NCBI RefSeq assembly: GCF_001194135.2
Contig: NC_068981.1
Coordinates: forward strand, 85,115,780-85,179,779
Length of the DNA: 64,000 bases
DNA from: Octopus bimaculoides
Lineage: Eukaryota
Reading direction: 5' to 3'
Both the position numbers and the translations under genes were made by a program. Below the pieces are notes generated by a model. It saw nothing but the letters and a program-made list of their open reading frames with translations, did not search any database and was not told the origin of the DNA. Of this stretch, positions 50,207 to 63,849 are shown one piece after another; the first letter of the stretch is position 1, and the number at the start of each line of letters is the position of its first letter.

Positions 50207-51491
50207 GGTAAAGTAAAATAAATATAAAATTAAATTAAATAAAATAATCCTTTCCATTATGCCTAAAATTTTGCGTGATAGGGCTAGTCGATTACATCAA
50301 CCCCAATGCTCAACGGGTACTTGTTCTATCGACCCCAAATGGATGAACTACTGAGTCGATCTCGGCGGTACTAAGTGTCGGTTCTAAGAGCCGACACTTA
50401 ACTCATCTTCAGCAATAGCATTTTATACTGATTTTGTAGATTTTTGACACAGGGTTTGCATACATTGTGCAGGGCCCACGATTTATCCTGATCACCAACT
50501 TTAATCTTAAAGTAAGACAAGTAGGTTCTTTTCACAAAGTCACCAATGTTCATTCATTGGCTTGGCACTGTGAAACACCCACATATATAACAAAAAGAGT
50601 CAGGGGAATTCAACATTTCCTTCGCAATGATGTCATGTTACTGAACCCCTACGTTATTTCATGAAATAATTGTGAAAAAGAAAATAATAAAGAACATATC
50701 TATATATCAAGGCTTGTCTAGATAGATGTCTAAATACATAGATAAAATATAAATTGAACAGAAATGTTTAACTATGATATCTTTTGTACATTTGTTGGTA
50801 GTAAGCAGAGATTAACAACGCAGATTAAGGCGACTGAGCTTTCGAGCACACATTTGTTAGGAAATACACCACACTTCTACCCAGGTACATATATCAGGCT
50901 GAGAGAGCGTCATAACCTTACTCACTGAATGTTGAACTGACACTCGACTCTTACTGCTAACGTACCCCACGAAAAACACATCGAGAAATTTCTGAAACAT
51001 GGAGCTACGGGTGGGGCCAATATGGACCAGCCCATAGAAAAAACTCAACGTGATATAAAAAAAAAGACTATTGCCATTTTAAAACTCATTGACCTCCAGA
51101 TTACCCAAAATCAGATCTCAAACTTGGGTCAGCAGAAAAAAAGTTAGAATTTTTTGGCCAGTGTTATCCATACACCCAGCTCAGGCTTGTCTTGTACAGA
51201 AGTCATTTCATTGTTATTGTGTAAAGTTACAGTAACAATACAGGAGATTTTTGCCTCTTCCGTGCTGGCTGCAGATCAAATTCTGACTGACCGTTTGTGC
51301 ACAACTCTTTCGCCTCGCGAGACAGACGGACATCAATGAAAAATTACATTTATACTTTACGACTTCAAAATTTCTTTTTGCGTTTTCTACAGTTTACGTT
51401 TTACTCTTCTGTACTGACAATAATATTGGTGTGATTTGGAATAGAATTTGATTTGAATTTCCGTGATTAAGAAATTGAAAATATATTTATT

Positions 51492-51818
51492 AGGCGCATA
51501 CATGGCTATATAGTAAAGAAGCCCGTTTTGAACCCATGTTGTTTTGGGTCTTGGGCAGGCGACTTCTACTACAGCCTTGGGCCGACTGACACTTTGCGAG
51601 TGGATTTGATAGATCGAAACTTCGGAAGCCTTGTGGAAGCACGTTGCACGTGTGTGTGTCCACCAACATTAGACAACTGGTGCTGGTTTGTTTACGTCTC
51701 TGTAAGCTGTTCAGCAAAAGAGACTGCTAGAATAAGTAGCAGACTTAAAATAAGTACTGGGCGGGATTCATTCGACTAAACCCTTCAAAGTGGTGCCCCA
51801 GTATGGCCGCTGAAACAC
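51492..51818 (+). mobile_element. Diverged CORE-type SINE (family 2)
   Basis: CTTGGGCAGGCGACTTCTACTACAGCC, GAGTGGATTTG, CCCCAGTATGGCCGC. Confidence 0.8.
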
Positions 51819-52432
51819 CTAATAGTTAAAGATTCGCTAGATGCTATTCTACTCATTATTTCATTGATTCTTTTCTTTATAAATACCAAATATTTCCGCA
51901 GAACATCAACACCATCATCATCGTCAACATAAACATCGTCATCAGTATTCCCACAACGTGGTTAATTATTCACAACTTAAACAGTGATCTGTCACTTCTT
52001 CATGACAGTAAATCAGCTCCTACTTTAACTTAATTGGGCAGCAGAGATAATTATTGCAATTATGAACTAATAGAGCTCTAACCAACCTATAATTTTTCAA
52101 ACCGGTCAGTCTAGAAGAATCTAGAAAGATTATAGATATCGTTGCTTTCCTTCAGACTAACGAGGATCGCTGACGGTAACTTTTGAACGCTTACAATTGG
52201 TATTTACTTCTGATTCAACGTTACGGTGTTAAGGATCTCCTCCATCTCTTAGACAAATTCACTCGTCTTAGTCGTTAATGAACACCAGTAAGTTCGATAA
52301 CCATATTTTATATGCTAATACAATAAAATATGGAAGATTACTATTTCGTACATTTTCTTTTATAGAAAGTTACCCAATGTAACACCAACCAAGTATATAT
52401 GAGTTACAATTGATTGGTATTAAAATATCTTT

Positions 52433-52849
52433 TATCTTTTACATGTTTCAATCATTGGGCTGTGACCATTCCTTGAAGGGTTTAATCGAGCAAGTTGATC
52501 CCGTTATTTATATTTTCTGGGGGGTTTTTTTTAGCCTGGTATTTGTTCTATATGTGCCTTCTGCCGAACTGCTAGGTTACAGGTAGGTAAACAAGCCAAT
52601 GCCGCTCTCGAGCGGTGGTGGTAGACAAATACAAAGTCACACACACGCGCGCGTGCGTGAGTGTGTGTGCGCGCACGCGTGTGTGACGGACTTCTTCCAT
52701 TTTCCGTCTACCAAATCCACACACAAGGCTTTGATCGCTTCAGTGCAACAGTAGAAGACGCTTGCCCAAGATACCGCGCAGTGGGGCTGAACCCAAGGCC
52801 ACATGGTTTAGAAACAGGGTTCTCAACCATACAACCACGCCTGCGCCTA
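52433..52849 (-). mobile_element. Diverged CORE-type SINE (family 2)
   Basis: TTTCCGTCTACCAAATCCAC, AGTAGAAGACGCTTGCCCAAG, CAACCACGCCTGCGCC. Confidence 0.85.
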
Positions 52850-53399
52850 TATCCACTAAATATATGAGTATATTCGGATATGAATATTTAGTGGAAACAT
52901 TTTGTTCAAGTTGTGATGGTTGAGGCACGGAAACTAACAACGTGACAAAAAAAAAAAGAAAATGAATTAAAACTGGACGAAATATTTGCTCTCATGTGCA
53001 ACATGAACATGTGAATTAAAAGTCATGTCATTCTCTTTGTGGAGGTAACGGGAGTAGAATTTTGTTTTGTGACATTTTTATCTCTTCCATAAGACAAAGA
53101 TAGGCTTACAACAGTTATGTGAGTACAGGATGGTATTTATAAAACCTTATTGAAATGACAGAAGCATTAAAGTTTAATTTTGGTTCTAATTTGTTCTCTA
53201 AGCACAAATTTTAATTGCACACAGTAGTATCATTGGGTTTATTGACCGTTTTGTTTTCATTTTTTTTTGGTGGGGGGGGGGGTTGTTTGTTTGTTTCTTT
53301 TTATTATCTGGTAGATGCTATATTTGTAAGACTAGCACGCTGCGAGAAATAAAAAATATACCAAGAAGAAAATCAGGTTTGGATGGGATTGGAGTCTTT

Positions 53400-54040
53400 T
53401 AGTCAGGTGAAATCTGAGACACTAGACAAAATCACCGACCTAATAGAGATTCTAGAAGGGTAGCAACTGAATGTGGTAGTAGAAAGCCTGGATGCTACAA
53501 CTGTAGAAACATTAATCACTTCAAGGCCATAGCTTTCTACCTCGACAACAGAAAATGACAGCTGAAAGAAGGCTTTTGCCAACACCACAACTTCAGCACT
53601 TCCAATAACAGCAGTAACCCCAAGGCAGTAACTACAACAACACCAAAAGCAACAACAAAACAAAATTTACTCACATGAGCGACCACACTACCAACAACAT
53701 TGGTATGTGAAGACATCCCTTCCCCCTAAAGAAACAATTATTAAACAAAAAGGCAATGACCCTAAAACATGCCCCTCTCCGCTAGTGTTCGCACAAATCT
53801 GTCGTCTGGTGACAAAAGAAAAAGAAACAAAAAAACACAACACGTAAAACTGACAGATACGAACAACTGTAGGAGATAACTTTGTGCAACAAGCATCAGC
53901 ACATCCCACAACAGCAGTTATGCCAGTCCTATGGACACCACTATCCTCGACACCACCACTATCACAGACACTATTGTTATAAGGATAACCTAATTCTCCC
54001 ACAACAGTTAGATGGCACACTCCAAAAGTAATACTGATTT
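53400..54040 (+). mobile_element. Possible Thr/Pro-rich ORF1 tail of the Tx1-like copy at 54.5 kb
   Basis: A/C-rich sense strand, SSGDKRKRNKK basic patch as in the other ORF1 tails, and position upstream of an APE; no diagnostic motif. Confidence 0.3.
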
Positions 54041-54042
54041 CA

Positions 54043-54240
54043 AATTTTGACACAAGGCCAGCAATTTCGGGGAGATGGTAAGTCGATTACATAGACTCCA
54101 TAGCTCATCTATTACTTCTTTTATCGATTCCGAAAGGATTGAGGGCGAAGTCGACCTCGGCGGAATTTGAACTCAGAACGTGAAGACGGACGAAATACAG
54201 CTAAGCATTTCCCCCGGTGTGCTAACGATTCTGCCAGCAC
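54043..54240 (-). mobile_element. Nin/Deu-like SINE (family 1)
   Basis: AAGTCGACCTCGGCGGAATTTGAACTCAGAACGT..GCTAACGATTCTGCCAGC. Confidence 0.9.
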
Positions 54241-54464
54241 ATTAACCAAGGACATTTTAGTACGCATAAAATTTATCCAGATATCACAATACACATATAC
54301 CATCTTAAAACTTAAATACTCCGATGGTGTAAGAGACCAGCGAGATTGTTATTAAAATATTATGCTAAGATGTGCTAGAAGAAACACCGACAGCAAGTCA
54401 GTGAAACGAAACACCAGCCGCTCTATAGGAATAAGGTAAACACGCTATCCTCTCTCTTCTCAGT

Positions 54465-55170
54465 CATGGCGGTACTCAGAACAGATGGTCTGAATACACG
54501 TAAACTCGAGTCACATTGGAAGCAAGACTCGCTGGTCAACGTCCTCAGGTCATAAAGTATAGCTGTGTTAGCCAACAGCGAAACCAGAGTCTCCGATCCT
54601 CAAGCCTTCATCCCAATTTTCCATGGGTAACAGATCTATTTATTTCGAAGTTGACCGGGACTGAAAGGCAGAGATGATGTGTTGTTTTGAAAGTGTCTAG
54701 ATTTATTGATACGGACAGAGGAAGTAATCTTCTTGGACATAGGAAGTAATTTGATGGTCCTGGATGTAAACAGTGGTGAAGGTGGGTAGTTTCGGACATG
54801 TAGTTGTTTATGCTTCAACGCGAAGTGACACCCGGAATTCCTCAGGTGTCTAGAGATTTATTTCCTCAGAACAACGCGCTCTTTACTGCTATTGGGGGGA
54901 GGGGCGTATTATATGCACATCTAGATTTTATGGGAATGAGTGATAGGAGAAGGGGTGCGAAAGTCTCACAAGCATGCTCAGATGTCTTCAACTATCTGAT
55001 AGGTACCGATTGGATTTCCAGAATGTACCTGCAATGGTTAATCCAGACAAACTGCAATGGTTAATCGAGATCACATCTGTAGGCCAGTAGCATATGTTGT
55101 GCACATTTTAAAATCGTCGGATACACCGACCGCTGATTTGTGATCTGCGCAGTCGACTTAGATGTGCTTT
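54465..55170 (+). pseudogene. Tx1-like APE endonuclease relic (copy d)
   Basis: WKQDSLVNVLRS..ANSETRVSDPQA, LMVLDVN, AHLDFMGMSDRRRGAK and FKIVGYTD..VICAVDLD are collinear with the APE at 29.9-30.8 kb. Confidence 0.75.
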
Positions 55171-55179
55171 GGTAGGAAG

Positions 55180-55901
55180 AGACGCTGCTGCTAGAATGCT
55201 TTGTCTTTTCTCCGATGAGAAAACTTCGATCAGGACCAAAAGGTAAACCAAAAGAACAGTAGATGGTTATGCAGAGACCCAAATAAGGTTCCAACAATCA
55301 CTCATTCTAAGTTCCCAACAACTGTGAGGATTCTCTGAGTCATCAGAAGCGAGAGAGATATCATGCCTCCTCATTCTTTTTCACAGGACTAAAGAGTTGA
55401 TGCTGCTGTCTACACAGCACTGCTGGAGAAAGTTGTGAGGCCGTCGATAGACAGAGTATGCAAGGAAAGATGATACGTCTTCCAACAAGACTCTGCGCCG
55501 TCTCATGTGGCTCCGACAACCCAAGTGTGAACACGTAACAATGCCCAAGATCATGTTTCCAGTCACGTAGCTTCCGATCTCACCAGGCAATCTACTAGAC
55601 TATTACATATGGAGCGTAGTCGAGAGAGAAGTCAATCAACACCGCTATAACACCATACAATCCCTCTAGTCCTGTATAACCAACACCGTGTCCAAAATTG
55701 ATAGACATAATCTGATTCGGGCATGTCAACGCTTCCGACCCCGTGTTGAAGCAGTCATTGAAGCTAACTGTGGATTCATTGAATAGGATTCTCCAAATTA
55801 TTTGTACTGCTTCGTTTTCAAATACAGCTTTTCTTTAATAAGCTATGTTCCTTTCTCTAAATTCATGCAAATGACCCCAAAGAAAACTGATGCACCCTGT
55901 A
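55180..55901 (+). mobile_element. maT (DD37D-like) transposon, catalytic domain and 3' end
   Basis: FSDEK..DQKVNQKNSRWL, VFQQDSAPSH, degenerate WPPxSPD.NLLDYYIW, RVEAVIEANCGFIE*; terminus CACCCTG|TA. The 37-aa spacing is inferred across a frameshift. Confidence 0.8.
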
Positions 55902-56009
55902 AAGTAAACACTTAGTAAGATGACTGTAAGCTGAATGTGCTGATGTCCTTGAAAAACTCTCTGATTTTCAAAGTTGTAAAAAATGTTTTAACGCATAATA
56001 TCTTTGGCT

Positions 56010-56210
56010 ATTCTTTTATTCTTTTACTTGTTTTAATTATTGGGCCGAGGTTATCTTGGGCCGGCCACCAACTGAAAAAAAATCACTCAGTAGTAGTTAT
56101 CTTAGGTCTGGTACTTATTCTAGAGGTCTCTCTTTGACGAAGCACTAAACTATGAGGATGTAAACAAACCAACACCGGTTCCCAAGCAGGACTGGGACAA
56201 ATACAGAGAC
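56010..56210 (-). mobile_element. Degenerate CORE-type SINE 3' half
   Basis: TTCTTTTACTTGTTT tail, GGTACTTATTCTA, GTAAACAAACCAACACCGGTT. Confidence 0.6.
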
Positions 56211-56289
56211 TTACAACTACGCACACATGCACACACATACATATATGTACCTCCACACACATATATATAAAAACACGCGTGCGTGCGCA

Positions 56290-56378
<89 letters not shown>

Positions 56379-56626
56379 TAATACATATACAAATACATAA
56401 ACAAATATTTTTTCTAGCTCTTATTTTCCAATCGACAGGACAGATATTTTTGTGCGCGTAGACAAACCCGAAAACTAGGTTCTTTTCGAACCAAACCTGT
56501 AAACTAAATTAGTCGTAAGCTTAAATTTCCTCACCTCCTTACCTAACTTGCAGTATCAAGACATTGTTGAAATATGAGATTATTTAGAAAATTGTAAATT
56601 ATATAATTATAACCACTCCTTATTGC

Positions 56627-56892
56627 GTGGAGGCGCGTGGCTTAGTGGTTAGGGTGTCAGTATCATGATCCTAAGATTGTGGTTTCGATTCCTGGACCAG
56701 GCGACGCGTTGTGTTTTTCAGCAAAACACTTTAGTGTTGTGGACTCCAGTCCACTCAGCTGGCAAACATGAGTAACGCTGCGATGGACTGGCGTCCCGTC
56801 CAGCTGGGGGAAAAAAACGCCATTGAAACCGGGAAACCGAGCCTATGATCCTGGCTAGGCTTTAAAAGAGCGCATTTATTTTTTTTTATTTT
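56627..56892 (+). mobile_element. tRNA-headed SINE with CORE-like and V-domain-like blocks, 12-bp TSD
   Basis: Head GGAGGCGCGTGGCTTAGTGGTTAG..TTCGATTCC; GCGATGGACTGGCGTCCCGTCCAG; TSD ACTCCTTATTGC at 56615-56626 and 56893-56904. Confidence 0.9.
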
Positions 56893-57996
56893 ACTCCTTA
56901 TTGCAGATTGCTTGATATATACAGTGAGAACAAAGAACTAGTCTACGTAATTCAATGCACGTACTATAGTGTTATATATTTACAGATTACTCTTAGAATC
57001 TCATTTGTGTTAACGTTCATTCATAGTGCTTTACACGTGTGTCATTGTTTTTATCTTTATATTTTTATTCTGTACTGATTTCTAACTGTTTACTGTACTC
57101 GACCAAATATTATTTCAACAATTACTTTCAGTTTAAGAAAATCGAGGTGAACTATCTTGCTTTTGCTATGCTACATAGGAATGTAAAATGTCATTGCGAA
57201 TAAGTTCGAGTCACGTACCAGTGCAACTGAAAAATCAAATGATGCTCCATATCCAGTATATCAGGTAGGAGCACAAAGCAAGCTCCAGGTGAGCCAAATC
57301 TGTTGATCAATTTACGTTCTCAATCCTGGTTACGGTCTTCCGTCGTTAAAATCACAGAAAACATAGAATAAATTTGCACTTTTACTTTCTCCTAAAACCA
57401 TATGCGCTCAAGATCTTTGGTGATTAAAATTAATAGTGTTGCTGTTCAAGGACTAAACTCTGGCGTCAAGATGATTCCAGAATTATTAGGAAATGTTTAT
57501 GTTGGTTTGGGGAAGGTATATATTAAAGAATAAAAGAAGTTGCTCAGTTAGGTAGGCCTGCGCGCAAGTAGCATGCAGATTCCAAGAGTACCAACAGACG
57601 AGGTTCATTGTGTCTCGGTACCGTTGAAAGTAGTTTGCTTTGGCTCTTATACATGCTTTGAAGAATGGTTTTGAGTTTTGACATATGTAGAACGAAATGT
57701 CAATAATACATGCAGATATCGGAAGGTTAAAAAGGAAGTGCGTACGTGTGGGTGCGATATAACAAAGACTAAAGTATATGTCTGTTAATAGGATAGGAGT
57801 CGTAGAATTGCTTTTATGCACGTTTCTATAGGAAGGTCTGACAGGAAATCTTTGGTCTAAGAGATAAGAAACAAATATCTTTGAGTATAAAATATGTATT
57901 TGCGCAAGCATTTCCACAGCGTCATAGAAAGAACTTTGACGACATTTGCTTAGTGGACAATAATTGTTTTTTTTAATTTTAAATCATATTAGGCAA

Positions 57997-58380
57997 GATG
58001 TGGAGGCGCAATGGCTCAGTGGTTAGGGCAGGGGACTCGCGGTCATAGGATCGCGGTTTCGATTCCCAGACCGGGTGTTGTGAATGTTTATTGAGCGAAA
58101 ACACCTAAAGTTCAACGAGGCTCCGGCAGGGGATGGTGGCGAACCCTGCTGTACTCTTTCACCACAACTTTCTCTCACTCTTTCCTCCTGTTTCTGTTGT
58201 GCCTGTATTTCAAAGGGCCAGCCTTGTCACACTCTATCACGCTGAATATCCCCGAGAACTACGTTAAGGGTACACGTGTCTGTGGCGTGCTCAGCCACTT
58301 GCACGTTAATTTCACGAGCAGGCTGTTCCGTTAATCGGATCAACAGGAACCCTCGACGTAGTAAGCGACGGAGTGCCAAC
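57997..58380 (+). mobile_element. tRNA-headed SINE (further family), 9-bp TSD
   Basis: Head GGAGGCGCAATGGCTCAGTGGTTAG..TTCGATTCCC; tail CGACGGAGTGCCAAC; TSD ATTAGGCAA at 57988-57996 and 58381-58389. Confidence 0.9.
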
Positions 58381-60499
58381 ATTAGGCAACATATTTTGTG
58401 AGGTTACACTTGTGTATTATATATTTTTCTATAAGTTTTCAATGTTTAAGTAGTCTGTCGGAATTGATTGCTCAGGTGTTTGGTTTTTACATTTAATGCT
58501 ACGTTAATTATTGGAATAATCTTATTGAATTATATAAAACTCTCATGTTACAATATAGTTCTCATGTACTTAGATGACATGTTTAATCATTCAATAAGTT
58601 GAATAATAATGATCATCGTCTGTAATTTCAAAAAATGAATTGTTCACTCATGCCTATCTAAAATATATTTGATATTATACAAACATTAAAAATTCATGGA
58701 GATTTGGCAGAAACTTTACGTTCTGAGTTCAAATACTATTCGTGTCAAATTTGTCTTTTATTCAGTCAGGTTTGATTAAATTAGTAATATTAAAATTCTA
58801 AGGTTCACTAAATCACTACACCTATCCTCTATAATTTCTAACCCTTGTATGGAGTCTTGATACGTTTGTTCACTAAATAAATAGTATTTTATTATCGTCT
58901 GGCCAAATAAATGAAGAAACTTTTGATATCAGAAATACGCTCATATGCACAAAGAAGAAAGTAAGCTCCCAACCAGGAAGTTCCTACGCTTTGTCTGCTA
59001 GAAATAGTGGCTAAATCTACCCCAAATCGCAACCAAGCATCTTGAAAAGATACTAAGACTTGATAATATAGTCCTAGATACAGTCTCCGACAATGAGATT
59101 TTTAGGATTTTATTTTTGCTGCTATTTCTAGGAGGACAAATGACCTCTTTGGGTTGTCTATTGTATCAGGCTGCAGTCTCAGATAATCAGATAATATATT
59201 TGTGTAACCTACCTACAACAATTACTATTTGTAGACCTTTTGGTTTGTATTACATAACATTAAATTTCACTAACAAGCAGGGATTTTCCTTGATATTAAT
59301 CTCTAGTTTTTCAACTTGCTAATATATCTGAGTGTTAATTTTTGTTTTCTTGATAATCCATTGCTTTCTTTTAATTCGAAGCAAAGCGGTATGATATCGG
59401 AAACGGTCGGCAGTATGTGGGTAGAGAGTGAACGATATTATGTGGGTAGAGTGCGGTCGGAGTCGTGGTTATTCGCGTAATGAAATTCTTCAAGCTAGTT
59501 CTCCATTATCCACTTAATTTTGGTCATCTTGTCTGCTGTGGTGGTCTTCGTTGTCTAGTTGATCACTTACAAGGACAACAATGAGGATAAGAGATACCCT
59601 TCTCGGATTCCGGTTCCCACAGTGAAATCCCTTGCCAATCTTCTCATCCGACTAAAAGATGAAAGAAAAAAGGCGACAATACTTTGATCTGTCCGTATTA
59701 TTGAATCTGGTTATACCCGCTGGTGTCACTCTCAGGGTCATAGAAGCACAAAAGAGCTCCACCGCCATAGCAAGATATCAGTCCATGAAAGGTAAAGTTG
59801 AGTAGGTTGTAATATTTTGCTGTGCCGCTCTATTATCATCTTCAACTTCTGCTAAAATCTACCTAATATTCCATTTAAAAAAATGAGTGCCCTGTTAATT
59901 TAATCGATGCCCATTTATGTAAGTTGTCTCTTCTTCGGAACAACTTACAAAAACTGAGAAAATGCTTTAGCTGTCAAGAGCTAAGTTCTGTTTACCTAAT
60001 TCTCTGTTCATCTTTTTTACCGCCATTATCAATTCTTCCTCCGAAGAGGACAACTCAGTACGTACCACTAAGGTCCGAGTAATACATGTTACTTTTTGCC
60101 ATTATCCTGGCTAACCCTCCTTAAAGCGGAGAGAAAACACCACCGGAAAAACCGCTGCAAAGCAGCACAAAAACAATTTATAAAGTGTTAAAAAACATTG
60201 ACACAAAATTACCACTATAAAAACAACCAACTATACAATACGGCGGCTAACGTTTTCTCGAGCTCGCCGCCTTTCCAATAGAGTTAATATTAGGTCAACA
60301 ACGTAGATGAATGGGTAGCAAAAACGGCAAATCAGTATATTGCATGTTTTTGTTTTTTTTGTTTTTTTTTGTTTGTTTTTTTGTTTTTTCAGTATTTATT
60401 TTTGTCTCACCATGACGAGAGTTCAACCCTCGCGTCCGAAGTGAACTATTATTCTCAGTCTATCAAGTGCTTGTATCAAAAAATATGCGTCTCTCTAAT

Positions 60500-61830
60500 G
60501 TAACCCGAGAAGGTTTCCGCTGTCTCTGCAATAGAGAAAACGGGGGTTTAAGATTTCTAGAAGGATGATTTTGCAACAGTACAGTTACAGAGATGGAGCA
60601 ATTTGGCATAGGGTTTAGTAGAGAGCGGGGCTGGAATCAACTTGGAAGTGAATGGGATAAGATTGTAGATTCAATAATTTAATTTAGCTTAAATTGCTTC
60701 CATAGTAATCAATTTTAAAGATTGTAATCAAGCCAAAATAACAAAAGTAACATGAAATTGTATAAATATAGAGTTCTTAGAGTTCTTTCCTCATGAGGCA
60801 AATGTGTAAGGAATAAAGTATTGTATATGGTGCTTAATTTTCCACTAATAACACATGAGCCGTCTACACACGATTCACAGAAAATAAATTCGGAAGTCGC
60901 CTACAACAGCACCTAGACATGAGACTACCCGAAAAACCTGGAGAATACCACAGAAATTTCTAAATACTTTAGAGCATCAATAAATAAAAAAGATTTTCAG
61001 TATTACATGATTATTAAGAGAGAAAGCACCAGCGTTTGGGAATGGTTCTTAGTAATGTGATTTCTGTCTAGGAATTTAACTACCAAATCGCTACCAAAAC
61101 GAAAGAAATGAATGTATTTTAATCTGCTAGCACATTCATCTTTGTGAATTTTAAAGCAGACCTTCCTTACTCATAACACCAAAATAATGCAATTTATCCC
61201 AAGTCGCAGTTATCAGTTATATCGTCTCAGTTCCCTGATCATACTATATTACACTCACTTCATTCAAATCAAAAGAAAACTAAGTATTTTTTTAGAGTCG
61301 AATCCACAGTCCGTTTCACCTCACCACTCATACGCCATCAGACCGATCGTAGAAGTCCTCGCCATTAGGATGGGCTTGAGTGGGGTTCTCAGCAGATAGT
61401 CACAAGTGGATTTTAAATAGTTTTCCAATTCCCTATTTAACACCATCAGCCTTCTACCAACATTGCCTTCCTCACAGATACTGGCTTGGGATAGTTCCAA
61501 GAATAGTGATTCATTCGCAACTGTTGAATTGATGGCGTCAGTTATAGCCAAAGCATGTTAGCTTCCGCTAACACACAATGTTTAGCGAGCTGAGAGAATT
61601 GCCTACTTGTTCTTGGAAATCTATGCTTCTTTTGCTTCCTCCTTTTTGAGACTGCAGCATAGGAAGCCAACACGAAGATGCATAGGATGTTAATGCAACA
61701 TCTCGAAGCTGCCGTCCGTCATTGCTCAGCGTTTGGAAGTCATCTCTGTAATCTGTTGAGGGTAACTGAAAAATAATATGCAGTGACTTCTTCACCAGCA
61801 GCGTTGCATTACGTGATACTTTCTCATATT
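60500..61830 (-). mobile_element. Decayed CR1-like LINE remnant
   Basis: Weak matches across frameshifts: A*ISK (ALDISK), IPQASI (VPQGSV), NRELENY, IPFTSKL. Confidence 0.4.
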
Positions 61831-61839
61831 TCCTCACTT

Positions 61840-63050
61840 TCAGCAGGTGTCCCATCGACTGGACGATACCCAAGCTACGGCGGATTTCCTAGCTAATGCA
61901 GCAATCGCTATTGATATAGATGCTAAGAATTTAAATTTTGGGATCAGCTCGGTCACCTAGATGTCGAGCCGAATCACTAGGAACTCACTGGATGTCACCA
62001 TCATTACTTTTGTCATGTCGGTGTTTAAAGTATAAACAAGTCACTGTATGCGAAGCAGCTAATTCGCGTACTCCTCGTGGAAAGTAGTACGTAGGGTGGT
62101 GTCATCGGCATATCGTCCTGATCCGTTTGCCACCGATTGGTGCATCACTGGCATGCTTTTACAGAACTATTCTCACTGATCACCATTTCCCTATAAAAAC
62201 TGTACTAATCCGATGGTAAGATGCAAATTTGTTTGGTACCTTTGCCTATGTCAAACTAGTTGCATTTACCGCTCTCTGTGTTGACTATAGCCTGCTGTTC
62301 TGAATAAAGTGTAATGTTCAGATTATTTTGCCTATTTTTCAAGCCCATATTGCGTAGAGATTTTGACAGCGTTGTTGATACTGTCAAATGCCTTCCCGTA
62401 ATCAGTGAAAGAGGTACGTCTTCAATTGTTTACTATGTTCCTTCACCGTGATCCAACAGATATTCGTTATCTTGTTTTTCGTACACCACTCCTTGCAAAC
62501 TCCGGCTTTTTCTCTGTGAATCTCAATTCATATCAGTGGATTTACTCGTTACAAGTTGATGCGTGGCAATGCCTTACTAACACCGTAGATGAGGGTGATT
62601 GCTTGGCTGTTCTTATACTCTCAAGTTTGCCTTTTCTCGGAAAGGTGATTTACACGGAGCAAGATATGAACAATCAATCTGCCACATTTTGAGACGCCAT
62701 ATTTCAAGAACGATGACAGAAATGCATCTCTCTTCCCCATCGTTGTGTAGCATCTCGTTTGATATATCATCTGAGCCTTGCAAGTTTTACATCCTTTAGG
62801 GCCTTTCTCACATTTTCAATCACGATATCTGTCACATCATCGTACTCGCTGGTGGCGAACTGGTCAAACACTCTATTGCCTTCTACGTACAGTTCTTGCT
62901 ATATTTACATGGTTACGGTCAGCAAAAGAGTTGTCTCACAGTATATCACACAGGAGTGTGAACTTCCAGGCTAGCTGTTTCAATGTTTGGTACAAATTTT
63001 CGATTTGTTCATCAAGCTGGCTTGTTCTAAATAGTGACACCTCATTCTAA
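61840..63050 (-). pseudogene. RTE-clade reverse transcriptase fragment
   Basis: ENVRKALK..DDISNEML..GE..EIW, PRKGKL, FTDYGKAFDS, GGKRI..YADDTTL, YLNTDMTKVM, FKFL..EIRRSLGI. Confidence 0.85.
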
Positions 63051-63849
63051 TGTACCACTAAAACAAACTCAATAATTTACATGTGTTAATACTGTTTGGT
63101 TTAGACATTGGTTGGTTTCCGTCCTTCTTTTCCTTAAAAATATACTATCTTCAACAATCAGAATTTTAAAGATAGGCGATACAGTATTAGAATGTTGAAA
63201 TACATATTTCACATATTTTATCTTTGACTAGCAACAATAAACATTTGATCCAAACAATTCTTAACATTGCCTTAAAACATAGCTAGCATTGCTCTGGTTC
63301 AAAAGGGACTGATATTTTATACAGATTATTTTACTTCATTTTCTATATTTTGGTTGGTATAAATATTCTTTAGTTAAGAAATTTTCACTTCCAAACGGAT
63401 TTTCTATCAATCTGATGTTTTCTATTAATCTAGACGTTACAAAATATTTTCAATAGCTGCAATGTTTTGCCCACTTCGTATTGTCTTCAGTTTCCAATCA
63501 TTAGTTTAGGATGTTTATTACGAACATTTAAAATTGCTTTGCTAAATGCCCTAGTTAACACTAATCCGTCTATCAGTAAAATCCACGCAACAAATACAAA
63601 ACTATATTATTTAAACAAAGGAAGTATCTAACAATACAAAACATCCCCTCCGACACTGAATAATAACTCTTTCGAATTTTGGCAGTCTCATGTGGAAGGA
63701 GAAATCGATTACATTGACCCAAGTGATCAACTAGTATTAAATTGTCGGCCTAACGAGGCGGAAGAAATACTGCCAGGCATTGAGACATTGTCAGTTCACC
63801 ACCTTACATTGATTAATAATTAAGATACTGTATGTAAGTGCTACTCCGA

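Noticed and set aside
51000-51170. TTTTTTGGCCAGTG|TTA resembling a Chapaev3-type terminus
   Set aside because: No matching second TIR found.
56629-56700. tRNA genes at SINE heads (also 44110-44186 and 58002-58070)
   Set aside because: They have A and B boxes but no complete cloverleaf, and continue into SINE bodies, with TSDs at the 56.6- and 58-kb copies.
59400-60420. Possible further ORF1 relic on the minus strand
   Set aside because: Composition is suggestive, but no shared motif could be aligned confidently.
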